DNA of 64,000 nt from Felis catus (taxonomy: Eukaryota): positions 162,194,001 through 162,258,000 of the forward strand of contig NC_058368.1 of NCBI RefSeq assembly GCF_018350175.1. The letters are read 5' to 3'. Under the pieces are notes generated by a model. The model had not been told where the DNA came from and did no database searches. It saw nothing but the letters and a program-made list of their open reading frames with translations. Positions 51,843-64,000 of the stretch are shown here, piece by piece (the stretch's first letter is position 1; each line of letters starts with the position of its first letter). The position numbers and the translations under genes were made by a program.

Positions 51843-51955
51843 CTTCAGATCATCTGTCCCCATATCTCTGCCCCTCCCCTGTTTGTGTTCTGTCTCTCTC
51901 TCAAAATAAACAATTTAAAAATTATAAATAATAAAAATAAATTAATAAAAATGAA
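51843..51955 (+). mobile_element. CanSINE 3' half only
   Basis: cttcagat...tctctgcccctcccct...tcaaaataaa, without a head. Confidence 0.75.
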
Positions 51956-52239
51956 AAACCAGTGCAGAGAGAATATAAGTAACTTGCTCAAGTCATGAGA
52001 ATTAGAAATGGGACTCTATCTAGATTGTTAGGCCCCTCTATCTGTGCCCTACACCACCTTATTAAATGTGTTAAAAATTCAATCTTGGTAATATGGAGAC
52101 TAATATTAATATATCTTTGCTTACCATGTGTTATTGCTTTAAACCTACTAAAAAACAATCGATGAGATTCTACAATACCTTTAAATGGTATATATAACAA
52201 CTGACATTTTGGCTTAAAGATTACCTTTCTTAATAATTT

Positions 52240-52490
52240 GATAATAACAGAATAACAACAGCTCTTCGTTGCATATCTTTCATGTGCAAAACAGGTGCTC
52301 GGCACATCACTTACATGATTTCTTTAATCTTTGTAATAACTTCATGAGGTAACTATCATCATCCTCATTTTGTCTCATTTCATCTGAGTACACTGAGATG
52401 AGTTCAAGTTATTGTGTGTAGTAAGTGTAAGAGCTGAGAATTTATCCAATTCTGCCTGATTTCAAAGCTCATGAGCTTTTCTTTATAACT
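52240..52490 (-). mobile_element. MIR
   Basis: tttaatctttgtaataacttcatgaggtaactatcatcatcctcatttt. Confidence 0.7.
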
Positions 52491-52699
52491 TATTGTCTCT
52501 AATCACTTGTGTTAAGCCTTCTGTTAATACCGATTCTGGTAATTCTAATTTGTCATTTGAAATACTAGAAGGAGAAAATAATCCATATATTTTCACTTTT
52601 GAATAATGTTAAGTCTACTATCAGTTCTCACACCTTAATCTATATACTTCTTATTAGAAAATAAAACAAAATATTTTAATACTAGTAGTTTTCGGCCAG

Positions 52700-53170
52700 C
52701 AAAAACTATTTGCATAAATTAGTAAACACACAAGATGCAGCACCATGAGCAACGGGCAGCAGAGAATTAAAAAAGCAAATCTAACCTTTTAAATATTAGA
52801 ATGATCAGATATACAATATAAAAAATTACATACTTCAAAAAATAAAAGGCTTAAATATGAAAAAGAAAAACTATTTGGAAGAAGGACCAAGCAAAACTGC
52901 TAGAAATAAAAATATGATAGTGGCAATTTAAACTTAGTGGATTATTTTTAGTAAATATCATTTACTCCTGTAGAGAATAGTAAGAAAACAAGAAGACAGA
53001 CTGAAAAGAAATTATTCAGAAGCTATTCCAAAGAGACACAGCCATGTGCATTCAATGAAAGGTAAAGGATATGGATGATAAAATAAGAAATTCTAATTGG
53101 AGCTTCAAAAGAAGAGATGAGGCCAAGTTACAAAAGATAATAATTGAGATTTTTCCAAAACTGATTCAGA
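52700..53170 (+). mobile_element. HAL1/old L1 ORF1-like remnant
   Basis: A-rich; caccatgagc...agcagag, aaactgctagaaataaaaatatgatag, taattgagatttttccaaaactgat. Confidence 0.55.
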
Positions 53171-53307
53171 GTATTATCTACATTGTATAAAGCCCGCAAA
53201 CAGCAAAGCTACTTCTAGCCGGGACAAAGTCAAAGTACAGAGCACCATCCTGCTAGGTTGCTTTCTGTTCTGATTATTTCGTGCCTGTGTGATTTTATTG
53301 CTAAATG

Positions 53308-53460
53308 TTTTTTTTTTTTTAAGATTGTAGTTTAAATTCCAGTTAGTTAACATGCATTGTAATACCAGTTTCAGGAGTAGAATTTAGTGATGCAATACTT
53401 ACTGTGGTACTTACCACAAGTGTACTCCTTAATCTCTATCACCTATTGAAGCCATACCAC
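53308..53460 (-). mobile_element. Carnivore L1 extreme 3' end
   Basis: Poly-T then tttaaattccagttagttaacat, the inverse of 50760-50900. Confidence 0.85.
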
Positions 53461-53564
53461 TTGAGTATCATAATGTAATGACTGTTTAATGAGTCATCCC
53501 TGAGAAGTTTCCAGTTGTAATGAATTCATGATACACTGAACAATGATCAGTTCAAACATGGACT

Positions 53565-53795
53565 GTTGTAGTTTTAAAATATAGCCACAAACTCTGGCCC
53601 CTTGGTGGCTCAGTCTGCTAAGTGTCCAAATTTGATGCAGGTGATGATTTCACAGTTCGTGGGTTCAAGCCCTGAGTAGGGCTCTGTGCTGACAACTCAC
53701 AGCCTGGAGCCTGATTCAGATTCTGTGTCTCCTTCTCTCTCTGCCCCGACCCTGCTTGTGCTCTGTTTCTCTTTCTCTCAAAAATAAACAAAACA

Positions 53796-53844
<49 letters not shown>

Positions 53845-54364
53845 ACAAATTCTTTTCCACTGTTACCTTCTAAATGTAAAGCCAAATCTCCTACCTCTGG
53901 AATGTTTATCAGGTTTAGAGACTAACAGACAAAATATGGCCAAGGTGATGCTATGCTCAGACCTCTTAGACTAGGTCATAAATAGTATGTACCTTTTGCT
54001 TGGCTCTTTCTCAGATTGCTTGCTTTGGGGAAGGCAGGAGGCCATGTTGTAAAGACATTCAAACAGCCCTATGGAGGGTCCTACAAAGAGTGAAATTGAG
54101 GCTTCTTGCCAACTTGCTAGTACTAACTTGCTGGGCAAATGAATGAGCCACATTGGAAATGGATCTTGTATCCCTAATTAACCTTCAACACCTGAGATTT
54201 TTTTGGACCATTTAATTGCAATCTCATTATGAATACTGAGACACAATCTCCCAGCAAAGCCACTGACAAATTACTCTACATAGTGGGAAAGATAAAATGT
54301 TTATTATGGTTTTGCTCCACTAAGCTTTGTGGTAACTTGTTACATAGCAATAACTAATTAATAT
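53565..54364 (+). mobile_element. MLT1 (MLT1F/G-like) solo LTR interrupted by a SINE
   Basis: gccatgttgtaaagacattcaaacagccctatggag; ccactaagctttgtggtaacttgttacatagcaata. Confidence 0.8.
53595..53842 (+). mobile_element. CanSINE with (AT)n at its tail
   Basis: SINE body; TSD-like atatagccacaa / atatatccacaa. Confidence 0.9.
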
Positions 54365-54527
54365 AATAAAGTGAATGGCTCTTTATGAAAGAAGCTAGTT
54401 AAAAGAATTGAGCTAGGTCATCCAACACGACAGTGTGGAGGATTGGGAAAAGGGGCTGTAACAAAAGTGGAAAAATAATAAAAACTGATTATTAGTAACA
54501 TTATGAGAAGGATATTAGGATAATCAT

Positions 54528-54552
54528 TTTTTTAAGTTTATTTATTTATTTT

Positions 54553-54583
<31 letters not shown>

Positions 54584-54772
54584 TGAATATAAGTAAGGGA
54601 GGGGCAGAGAGATAGGGAGAGAAAGAGATCCCAAGCAGGCTCTGTGGTGTCAGAGCACAGCTAGATGTGCAGGGCTCTATATGCAGGGTTGGATCTTGCG
54701 AACAGTGAAATCAAGACCTGAGCCAAGATCAAGAGTCAGAGGCTTAAGTGACTGGGCCTCCCAGGTGCCCCG
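54528..54772 (-). mobile_element. CanSINE
   Basis: Reverse SINE. Confidence 0.92.
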
Positions 54773-55409
54773 AGAATAGATCTTTTAAAAACTGTTAGAG
54801 TTTCCATGGAACTTAGAAAAAGAGAAAAATTCTAACCTAGCATCATTCATAGATATAAATTTACTGTCCTAAGTTCACACATCGCTTATTTTGGGGAAGT
54901 AGGATATAAATTAGTTGTCCTGTGTTTATTCAGTCTCTTTAATCAGAGGTAACAAAATAAAGGAGATGAACCAATCTATCCTCCTCATAAATAAATCAGT
55001 GATATTTTCGAGGAACAGTAGTCTTTATTTCTGGAATGGTCTTAGGAGGATGTACTTGACTAAGTATGAGGTAGAGTAAATGAACTCAAAATCTATAACT
55101 GGAAAATGTCACATTATCTATGGTATAAAGTGGAGATATTTCAAAACCCAAATTCTTCCTGTCTTGATGAAGTTACTTGCTAATCTCCCCTATTTTTCTG
55201 AACCAAATTATTTGTGTCCAATAAGGGAAAAAAGACCTAGATACTTATGTGTGATGTCTTAGGTCTGCTTTGTCCAGCATCTTAATTACCTATATCTTTG
55301 AAATTATCAGTAAAGTTTGATATTGGGTAAGACCTAAGTTTTTTATGAGTCTTATCTGAGAATACAATCTTTCATGTTTGTTCAGCCTACAGAATGAATT
55401 TTTATATGT

Positions 55410-56093
55410 GTTGTGTGTTTGAGGGTTCCTGAGAACCCCCAATGGTTAGGAACCCTCTTGGGCTCAATGACTTGCTAGAAAGGCTTTTAGTACTCAAAAA
55501 CTGTTATAGTTATGGTTTATTACAGTAAAAGACTAAAATCAGAAATAGAAAAAGGCATGTAGAATCCAGTAGAGACCACATACAAGCTTCCATTTGTCCT
55601 CTCTCAGTGAAGTCATGTGGAAAGTACTTAATTTTCCTAGCAATGATGCATGACAACATGCAAGGAGTGTTACTAAACGGAGAAGAAGCTTACGCAACCC
55701 TTGGTGTCCAGTAATTTTATTGAGGGATGGTAGTGTAGGAATGTCTGACCTTCAGATTTTATTGGGGGTTGGTCATGTAGGAATGGCCAACATGTGGTAC
55801 TTACTACGTGGTCATGGCTGACTTTAGTTTCCATTCCCTCTAGAGATTAAGCTGATGACACATGTCCCAAGGTTTCCACCATAAATCACATGTTTAACAT
55901 AAATTGTATGGTTTGGCCCACAGATTCAGATAAACACACTCTGTGCAAAGCACGATATTCAAAATAAACACACTCTGTACAGACAGGATAAGGACTTAGG
56001 GGTTATCTCCCGGGAGATGAGAAAGAACCAAACATTTCTTTAGAATGGTAAAATTTGGGCAGCTTAGTCTTGCTAGGTTAATCCTTTACTATA
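55410..56093 (-). mobile_element. LTR, MER77/MER21-group
   Basis: Reverse strand begins tatagtaaaggattaacctagcaag; motifs tttattacagtaaaag, caagcttcca, caccataaatcacat, ggttatctccc. Confidence 0.7.
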
Positions 56094-56209
56094 TAATCCA
56101 TATATAATATAATCATAATTTCTTATGTTTTAAACTGGAACCTTATAATTGACAAAGATAGGTAGGAGACTAAAATCGACAGAGCCGACCTTCAATAAAG
56201 AAATTTCTA

Positions 56210-56430
56210 TGGGTGCCTGGGTGGCTCACTTGGTTAAGCACTGACACTTGGTTTCGGGTCAGGTCATGATCTCATGGGTGGTGAGTTTAAGCCCTGCTTC
56301 AGGCTCTGTGCTGGCACCCTGGAGCCTGCTTGGGATTCTCTCTCTCCCCCTCCCCTACTTGCTTTCTCCCTCTTTCTCTCTCAAAATAAATAAATAAACA
56401 TGAAAAAATTAAAATATAAAATAAAAATAA
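56210..56430 (+). mobile_element. CanSINE
   Basis: SINE head, body and tail. Confidence 0.93.
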
Positions 56431-56805
56431 ATTCTGAAATGTTTTTCTTCTAGAAGAAAAAAGATCTAAGATGGAAGGTTTGAGACATAAGAAGAGAAAG
56501 AAAAGAGACACATCTATAGGTAGATTTAAATAAGTGACTATAGAGAATAATAACAGTAAATATTTGGGGGTTAAAGAAAAATGAGAACCAAAATGTATGA
56601 GAATAATAGTTTATGAGTTTAGTTAATAAGAATTTAAGTGTTCTAACCTCTGTTTTTTGTGTGGAAGAAGGAGAGTAAAAGTATCAATCAACCTTTATTT
56701 TTTTTTAAATGCCAATGGTTAAATAAATTCTCAAGCATCTCAACCAAAGTGGGTAGGAAGGAGCAAGTTAATTTAAAAGAAACATAAAAGAAGAAGAAAA
56801 AGAAT

Positions 56806-57165
56806 GGGGTGTCTGTGTGGCTCAGTCAGTTAAACATCTGACTCTTGGTTTGGGCTCAGGTCATGATCTCACAGTCCCTGAGTTTGAGCCCTGCATGAAT
56901 CTCTATGCTGACAGCATGGAGCTTGCTTGGGATTCTCTCTCTCTCTGCCTCTCCATCTGCCTCTCCCCAGCTCATGCACACATGTTCTCTTTCTCTCCCT
57001 CTCTCTCCCTCAAAATAAATAAACTTAAAAAAAAGAAGAAGCGGAGGAGGAGGAGGAGGAGGAGAAGGAGGAGGAGGAGGAGGAGGAGGAGGAGGAGGAG
57101 GAGAAGGAAGGAGAAGGAGAAAAGAAGAAGGAGGAGGAGGAAGAGGAAGAGGAGGAGAAAAAGAA
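56806..57165 (+). mobile_element. CanSINE with tail expanded into a (GGA)n purine tract
   Basis: SINE body to ~57030; TSD-like gaaaaagaat / gaaaagaat. Confidence 0.92.
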
Positions 57166-57469
57166 TATAGATAAGATATATCTATTACTCTCACCCCCTT
57201 ATTCTCCCTCTCTCTGTGGACTGCAGAGACAGTCCATATTGGACCAATCATTATGCTCATTTTATGATGGCACATCATTCTCATCATAGGTCTGTGAATA
57301 CCTCACTTTAAACAATTCACTTACCCATCTCAAGAGTGTAATGAACACCTTCAAAACTACAACCTCTAAACAAACAAACAAACAGACAAACAAACAACCC
57401 CCTAGGACATACACTACAATCTATGGAGAAAGGTATGATCCCTACCTCATATCCACTCCCATCTTCTTC

Positions 57470-57716
57470 AAACAAGAGGGATATTTCCCTGAACTCCTTC
57501 ATCAACTTTTCCTCACTTTCTTTCCTATTTTCCCCTAAGTGGTTTAACATAATCTCATTATAATTTGTCTGTGTGCTTGTTTATGCTTCATAACATAATC
57601 TCTTTACAATCAGGAAACATGTCAATCTTGTTGACTGTAGATTCAACAGCACCTAGAACAACATGAGATACATCATAAGAATTTAAAATAGTTTTTTGTT
57701 GCATAGATGAATAAAT
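57470..57716 (+). mobile_element. L2 3' end
   Basis: caggaaacatgtcaatcttgttgactgtagattcaacagcacctagaac...gatgaataaa. Confidence 0.65.
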
Positions 57717-59005
57717 TCATACTTTATTTTTTTAATTCCCGGTATTCAACCCTGTGCTTATTAGACATACCATGAATGCTTGTTAAAATGAGCACATATG
57801 CATGCATTAAGTCATTTTTCTTTTTCTCATACTACATTAAATTCTGAGTGGTCTTGACTAAATACTATGTAATTTTTGTTACTGTTTCATATTACCTAGA
57901 TCAAATTTTTACACAGAGTAGTTATTGAATAATGAAAATAATGGGAAGGAAAATGCCTTATTTGAAAATCAGAGTTATATTGGCACTTTAAAACATCAAA
58001 TATTTTAAAAATATACACAAAGAAGTAGTTCATCTTTGATGAATGGTTTATAGATCTATTTTATTTAAATTGCTCTATTTCCTTTCCATACTTTAGTAAG
58101 GGACAGTTAGGTTTTTCCATCTTCCTAATTGTCTTTTAAAGCAAGTGTACAGCTGGTATAAATGCAAAAAAGATAATAACTTTTTATACTATTACTTAAC
58201 TTTGCTATATACAAATATGAGATTGCTTCTTAGCTAACCCATGCAGAAGTCATTTCTATCCATTTATTTCTAGGGTACTTATTACTACTGAATCTAAAAT
58301 AAATATATGCTACTCACATTTTTCAGATAGAATCTGTAGGAAATATGTTACATATAATATTGTCTTTTCTCAGAGGAAGCCGTATAAGGCCCAGGTGGGC
58401 TATTTTTATATACGGGCACATTAAAAATAAATTACTAAGAAGCTCTGTCCTGTGAATGAATAAAAAATGTAATCACAGCAGCTTATAAATGTAAACTACT
58501 ACTTGTAGAAATTTCAGAATGTAAGGCATGCCAAAGGCCAAGTATTAATCTCACAAGATTTTAGGAAGCCTGTGTGCTATATGTAGAAAAGGATCACAGC
58601 AAAGCATTCAGTTGCCCGAGTTCTACAATCAGTAGATGGGGGTTCAACCTCAGGACTCGGTTTGACACTATAATCCATTGATCCAATGACTTTTTCACTA
58701 CTAATCAACAGCCTCATATTCACATTACCTTCATCGCCAAGCTTAAGTTTCATAATCCATTATTATCATTATTCTCCTGAAAAAAAAATTAACTGCCTTA
58801 CCTCTTTCTTGATTTGTGATACTAGCCTGTCACATCCAATTCTTTTAGAGCCATTTCTCTACCCATTACATAGATCCACAAGTGATCCTTGCTTGTTTCT
58901 TGGAATAATTGTTTTAATGATTTCACCACTCAGTGATAATTCATCTATTTCATTAGTTTTCTTGGTTTTCATTATATGGAGACTCTCCTTTATTTTTTAT
59001 ATATA

Positions 59006-59370
59006 TAAACTTTTTATTTTGAGGTAATTGTAGATCCACATACAGCTGTAAGAAATAATTCAGTGAGATTCTATGTACGTATTACCTAGTTTACCATCTT
59101 GAAACTCTAGTACAATTTCACAACCAGAATATGGATATTAATACAGTCAAGATTCAGAATAGTTCCATGACTGCTAAGATTCCATGGGTGACTCTTTCAT
59201 AACCATGCACACCTTTCCTTGATGCATGGTAAACACCTTCTATTCTTCATTTGATTCAGCATAACTACCTGGTGATTCATCCAATTTGTGTGTATAAAAT
59301 AGTTTGTTACTTTTTATTGCTGAATAGAATTTCATGGTATAGATGTAACACAATTTTTCAACTATTATTT
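59006..59370 (-). mobile_element. L1MC-like 3' end
   Basis: ttttattttgaggtaattgtagatccacatacagctgtaagaaataat. Confidence 0.8.
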
Positions 59371-62300
59371 TTTTTAATTTTAGCATGATAATATCCAAAA
59401 TTATATAAATAAATAATAAGTGTAGACTTTTAATATGCTCTTTAAAGAGGCAAATATGAATAAGTTTTTTTAATAAATTTTAAAAAATAGTTTAGATTTA
59501 CAGAAAAATTAAGATTGTAATCTAGAGAATCACCATATACAACATACCTAGACTCCTCTTTATTAATGTCTTACCTTAATTAGTATGGTATATTTGTCAA
59601 AATTGAGGAACCAAATTGATATATTATTATTAACTAAAGACCATAGTTCAAATTTCTTAAGTTTTATATCATGTTCTTGTACTGTTTCAGGATTCCATTT
59701 AAGATACCATGTTACATTTATTTGTAATGTGTACTGAGTTTCTTCTGGACTATGACAATTTCTCTGACTTTGCTTGTTTTGATGTCCTTGACATTTTTTA
59801 GGAGCACTGGTCAGATATATTATACATTTATGCATTTTCTTTTAACATATGTTAACACACTTGTAAAATGTCCATCAGATGAAATGTATCTGTTGTCTTT
59901 CTCATGATTATACTGAGGCTATGGGTTTTTAAGAGGAAGAACACAGAGGTAAAGTGCTAGTTTCATCACATCATAACTAGGGTACATGATATCAATATGA
60001 CATCACTATTGATATTAACAATGATCACCTGATAAAGAGGTTTCTCCATTGTAAAATTGCCATTCAAACACAGTTTGCAGTTAAGGTGTGAGGGGCTAGT
60101 ATCTTTGTGAGGGGGAAATATCTACATAAATTATTTTAATTCTACACTGAAGTTTGGTGTCTGTACCTCAGTTTAATATTTCATTCAATAATTTATTTAT
60201 ATCAGTATTAACTCATGGATATGCATTTTATGCTTTAGGATATAATCCAATATGACTATTTTGTGGTTCAAATTGTTTCAGTATCGGCCATCGGGAGCTC
60301 TTTCAGTTGTTTCTTAGTACACTTTTTTCTTGTTTCTTAGTTGAATCACATCAGATTTCTTGCTTGGTTTGGTTTCTTATTTGTTTTTAGCACTTCTTGA
60401 ATTACTGACATTACAAGGTGGTCCAGGCTCTTTTGTGTATTCTCCATTGCAGTCCTAGAACTGGTCATTTCTCCAAGGATCCCTGGTTTATTTTATGGGA
60501 GAATGGTGTTAGAAATCAAGATGTAAGCTCTGGGTATGGATATTGCTAGGTGGTCTCACTGCTTTTATGCCTTCTCAACTGATAGAACAAGGAACTATGT
60601 GTGTATAATAACTCTTTCATGTGCGCATATGTATAAATATTTCTGCATGCAAACAACTGTGTCTGTATTAAAGTCAACTGATGGTTGCATACTGATACTG
60701 ATGTATCCAACTCTAACCCAGCACCATATGGGTCATTCTAGTCCCCCATCCCCACCTTGCTTGTCGTTAACCTGCCACTACAATAGTGAGAAAATTGGCT
60801 CCCATTATCTGCATTCATGTACATAATTGTTTATTTCCAGTATATATGTGGTATACTGTTTTTCAGATTCAGTATATAGATGTCATACACTTGATAATGG
60901 TTTCAGAATTGTTAACTTGTGACCCCATAGAAACAACTTTAGGTATTAGAATTCAGTGCTTATGTGCAGGGTTTTTGTTTTTTGTTTTTTTTTTTTAACC
61001 TTAAAAGTTTTCAGACATTTCCGGTGTTTCTTAGGTCAGCACATTTTTCGCCTGCTCCTTAAGTGAGTCTAGTTTATACACTTTTTGTAGTTACATTCTT
61101 TTGTCACAGTCTCCGTACCATTCTGGGATTCCTCAATCTCCTATATTATCTTTTAATTTTCACACATTGACATTTGTTCTTTGAGCTGGAAACTTACTAT
61201 TTGTTTTGGCAAATGCATAATGTCATGTATTCAACATCACAGTATCCATTCTATGGATTTAACACAGTTTATTCATCCATGAATCTATTGAAGGACATCT
61301 TAATTGCTTGCAGATTTTGTCAGTTATTAATAAATATCCTAAAACATGTCCACATTGAGCATTTTGTGTGTATATAGTTTATCAAACATGCTAGATAGAT
61401 GCCTGGGAATATGACTGCTGAATTGCATGGTAAGACCTCGGTTAGCTTTGTAGGAAACTCTCTTACTAAGTGGTTGTACAATTTGTATTCCTGCCAGCAA
61501 TGATGAGTTTCTGTTGCTCCATATCCTCACTAGCTATTAGTATAGCAGTCTTTCTTTAATTCTAACCATCACACTACATGTGTAGCAATATCTCATAATT
61601 GTTCTGTAGTGTGTTTCCCTAGTGACAAATTATATTAACCACCTTTGCATATGTTTATTTTCCTTCTGTATATCTTCTTTGATAAAGTACCTGTGTATAT
61701 CCTTTACCATTTTGAATTGGGATATTTTCTTAATGGTCAGTTTTAAGTCTCCTTTGTACATCTTGGATTCAAGTCTTTTATCAAATCTATGACTAGCAAA
61801 TATTTTCTCCTGATCAGCGATTTATTTTTCTACTCACTTAAAAATGTCTTGCATAGAGCAGAGGCTTTTAACTTTATTAAAACCAACTTATCATTTTTGT
61901 CTTTCAACAGTGTTTTCCATTTTGTCTAAAATGTCACCACAAAAACCAAGGTCATATAGGTTTTCCCCTACATTTTCTTGTAGAAATTTTAGTTTTGCCT
62001 TTTACATTTCGATGTGTGATGCATTTTCAGTTAATTTTTGTGGAAATCATAAAGTCATCATCTCTGTTTATTTTTTTGCACATGGATGATCAGTTGTTTC
62101 ATCACCTTTTGTTGAACTATCTATTCTCCATTGAAATGTCTTTACACCTTTGTTAAAAATCAATGTAGTGTATTTATGTTATCCTTGGCTATTATGCTTC
62201 ATTGATCTATGTGTCTATTCTTTCATCATTACATGTCTTGATTACTTTGACTTTATACTGTCTTAAAATAAGGTAATGTGATTCCCTCAACATTGTTTAT

Positions 62301-62709
62301 GTTGTTATTGTTCTCCTATTCAGCTTCCTCCTTCTCCTGTTCCACTTCTCTTTCCTCCTCCTCCTCCTTATTCTACTTTCCCTCAAACATTTTACCGGAT
62401 ATTATGTCCTTTATCTTTTGATGTGAACTTTAGAGTAGGTAGCTTGATATCCACAAAAAAAGCTTGCTGGGCTTTTAATTGGGATTGTATTAACTCTATA
62501 AGTCAGGTTGGGAATAATTGCACTCAACAGTATTGAGAATTCCAGTGAATGAACACTGAATATCTCCCATTAATTTAGATCATATCTGATTTTTTATCTT
62601 TTTTATAGTTTTCCACATATACATCTATACATATATGACAAGATCGTAGTCAAGTATCCAAATTTTGGGTGGTATTTTGAACAGCGTTTTTAAAATAATA
62701 TCAAATTCA

Positions 62710-62823
62710 GGGGTGCCTGGCCAGCTTGAAGGGAGGAGAGTGCAACTCTTGATCTTGGGGCTGTGATTTTGAGGCCCAGTTGGATGTAGAGATTGTTTAA
62801 ATAAATAAAACTTTAAAATAAAA
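62710..62823 (+). mobile_element. Short older-type CanSINE
   Basis: TSD aaaataatatcaaattca / aaaataatgtcaaattca. Confidence 0.88.
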
Positions 62824-63269
62824 AAAATAATGTCAAATTCAAAGTATTTATTCTTCAAATATGTAAAAACAATTGACTTTTGACCAATGACCTAGTATCT
62901 TGTCATGCTGTCCTGTTTGTTTACTAGTTTCAAGTTGTCTATTTTAATCAATTCTTTGGGAATTACTATATAGAAAATCATGTCATCTATGAATAAAAAC
63001 AGTTTTATTTATTTATTACTAATCTTAACACATTTTATTTATTCTTCTTGTTAGGAAGAACATATTTTGTTCAAAATCTTAGGGAGCAAATGGTTAGTTA
63101 TCTACCTATTAAGTATGATGTTAGCTGGAGGGTTTTCATTTATAACTTTTATTAGATTAAGGAAGTTCCTTTCTCTTCCTTGTATTTTTTTAAATTTTTA
63201 ACAGGAATGGGTTTTGAATTTTGCCAAATATTTTTCCTGCATCTATTGATATGAAGATATAGTGTTTCT

Positions 63270-63493
63270 TTTTTTTTTTTAATTTTTTAAATGTTTTATT
63301 TATTTTTGAGACAGAGAGAGACAGAGCTTGAGCAGGGGAGATGCAGAGAGAGAAGGAGACACAGAATCCAAAGCAGGTTCCAGGCTCTGAGCTGTCAGCA
63401 CAGAGCCCAACAAGGGGCTCGAACTCATAAACCACAAGATCATGACCTCAGCTGAAGTCAGACACTTAACCAACTTTGCCACCCAGGCGCCCC
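63270..63493 (-). mobile_element. CanSINE
   Basis: Reverse SINE. Confidence 0.96.
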
Positions 63494-63639
63494 TAGTTTT
63501 TTTTTATTCCATCTATTAATGTGATGCAGTGCATTGACTGATTTTTGAATGTTGAAACAGCTTGCATTCCTTGTATGAACCCCAACTGGTCATCATGTGT
63601 TTTCCTTTTTATATATTGTGACATTTATTTGTTAAATAT

Positions 63640-63843
63640 TTTTGTTTAGTTTATTTATTTTCTGAGAGAGAACACAGGCATAAGTGGGGGAGGGGCAGAG
63701 AGGGAGGGAAAGAGAGAAACCCAAGCAGGCTCTGCCATGTCAGCACCCAGGCAATGCAGGCTCCAACGCATGAACCATGAGATCATGACCTGAGCTGAAA
63801 TCAAGAGTCGGATGCCTAACTGACTTAGCCACCCAGGCCCCCT
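63640..63843 (-). mobile_element. CanSINE
   Basis: Reverse SINE; TSD tatttgttaa. Confidence 0.93.
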
Positions 63844-64000
63844 ATTTGTTAATTATTTTTATAGTTACAGTCATGAGAAATATTGGCCCATAGCTTTCTT
63901 TTATTGTAAAGTATCTATGTGGTTTTCATATTTTAATAATTTTGGCCTCATGAAATTGGTCAATAGACATTCCATATATTTCTATTATCTGGAAAATATT

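Larger units (their letters stand above)
59465..64000 (-). mobile_element. Old L1 (L1MD/MC-like) 3'UTR and ORF2, interrupted by three SINEs; runs off the window
   Basis: tttagatttacagaaaaatt 3'UTR; reverse ORF2 remnants (ISIDAGKIFGKIQNPFLLK in ORF 63190..63435). Confidence 0.8.

Noticed and set aside
52708..52728. Octamer ATTTGCAT plus forkhead GTAAACA as a regulatory site
   Set aside because: It lies at the edge of a decayed L1/HAL1 remnant, and such short motifs are expected by chance in 64 kb of AT-rich DNA.

Overview
AT-rich mammalian genomic DNA, almost certainly from a felid: it carries feliform-type CanSINEs (SINEC_Fc-like) and cat-type L1 3' ends. I found no recognisable host protein-coding exon or RNA gene. 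Every long ORF in the track is L1-derived, SINE-derived or microsatellite-derived. The window reads as intergenic or deep-intronic sequence containing about 32 CanSINEs, young and old L1 fragments, solo LTRs (MLT1-, MER34- and MER77-like), L2/MIR remnants and microsatellites. The most notable structures are: (1) a ~300-bp element at 35181-35476 bounded by imperfect inverted repeats, hairpin-rich and retaining CpGs, which looks like an ancient, possibly conserved DNA element; (2) a multi-layer nested retrotransposon stack at 16.2-19.6 kb in which the same 16-bp target site occurs three times; (3) an end-to-end carnivore L1 at 44.6-50.9 kb that lacks its RT core. I cannot support a claim of a novel biological system. 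Repeat subfamily names come from remembered consensus sequences and need RepeatMasker/Dfam confirmation.
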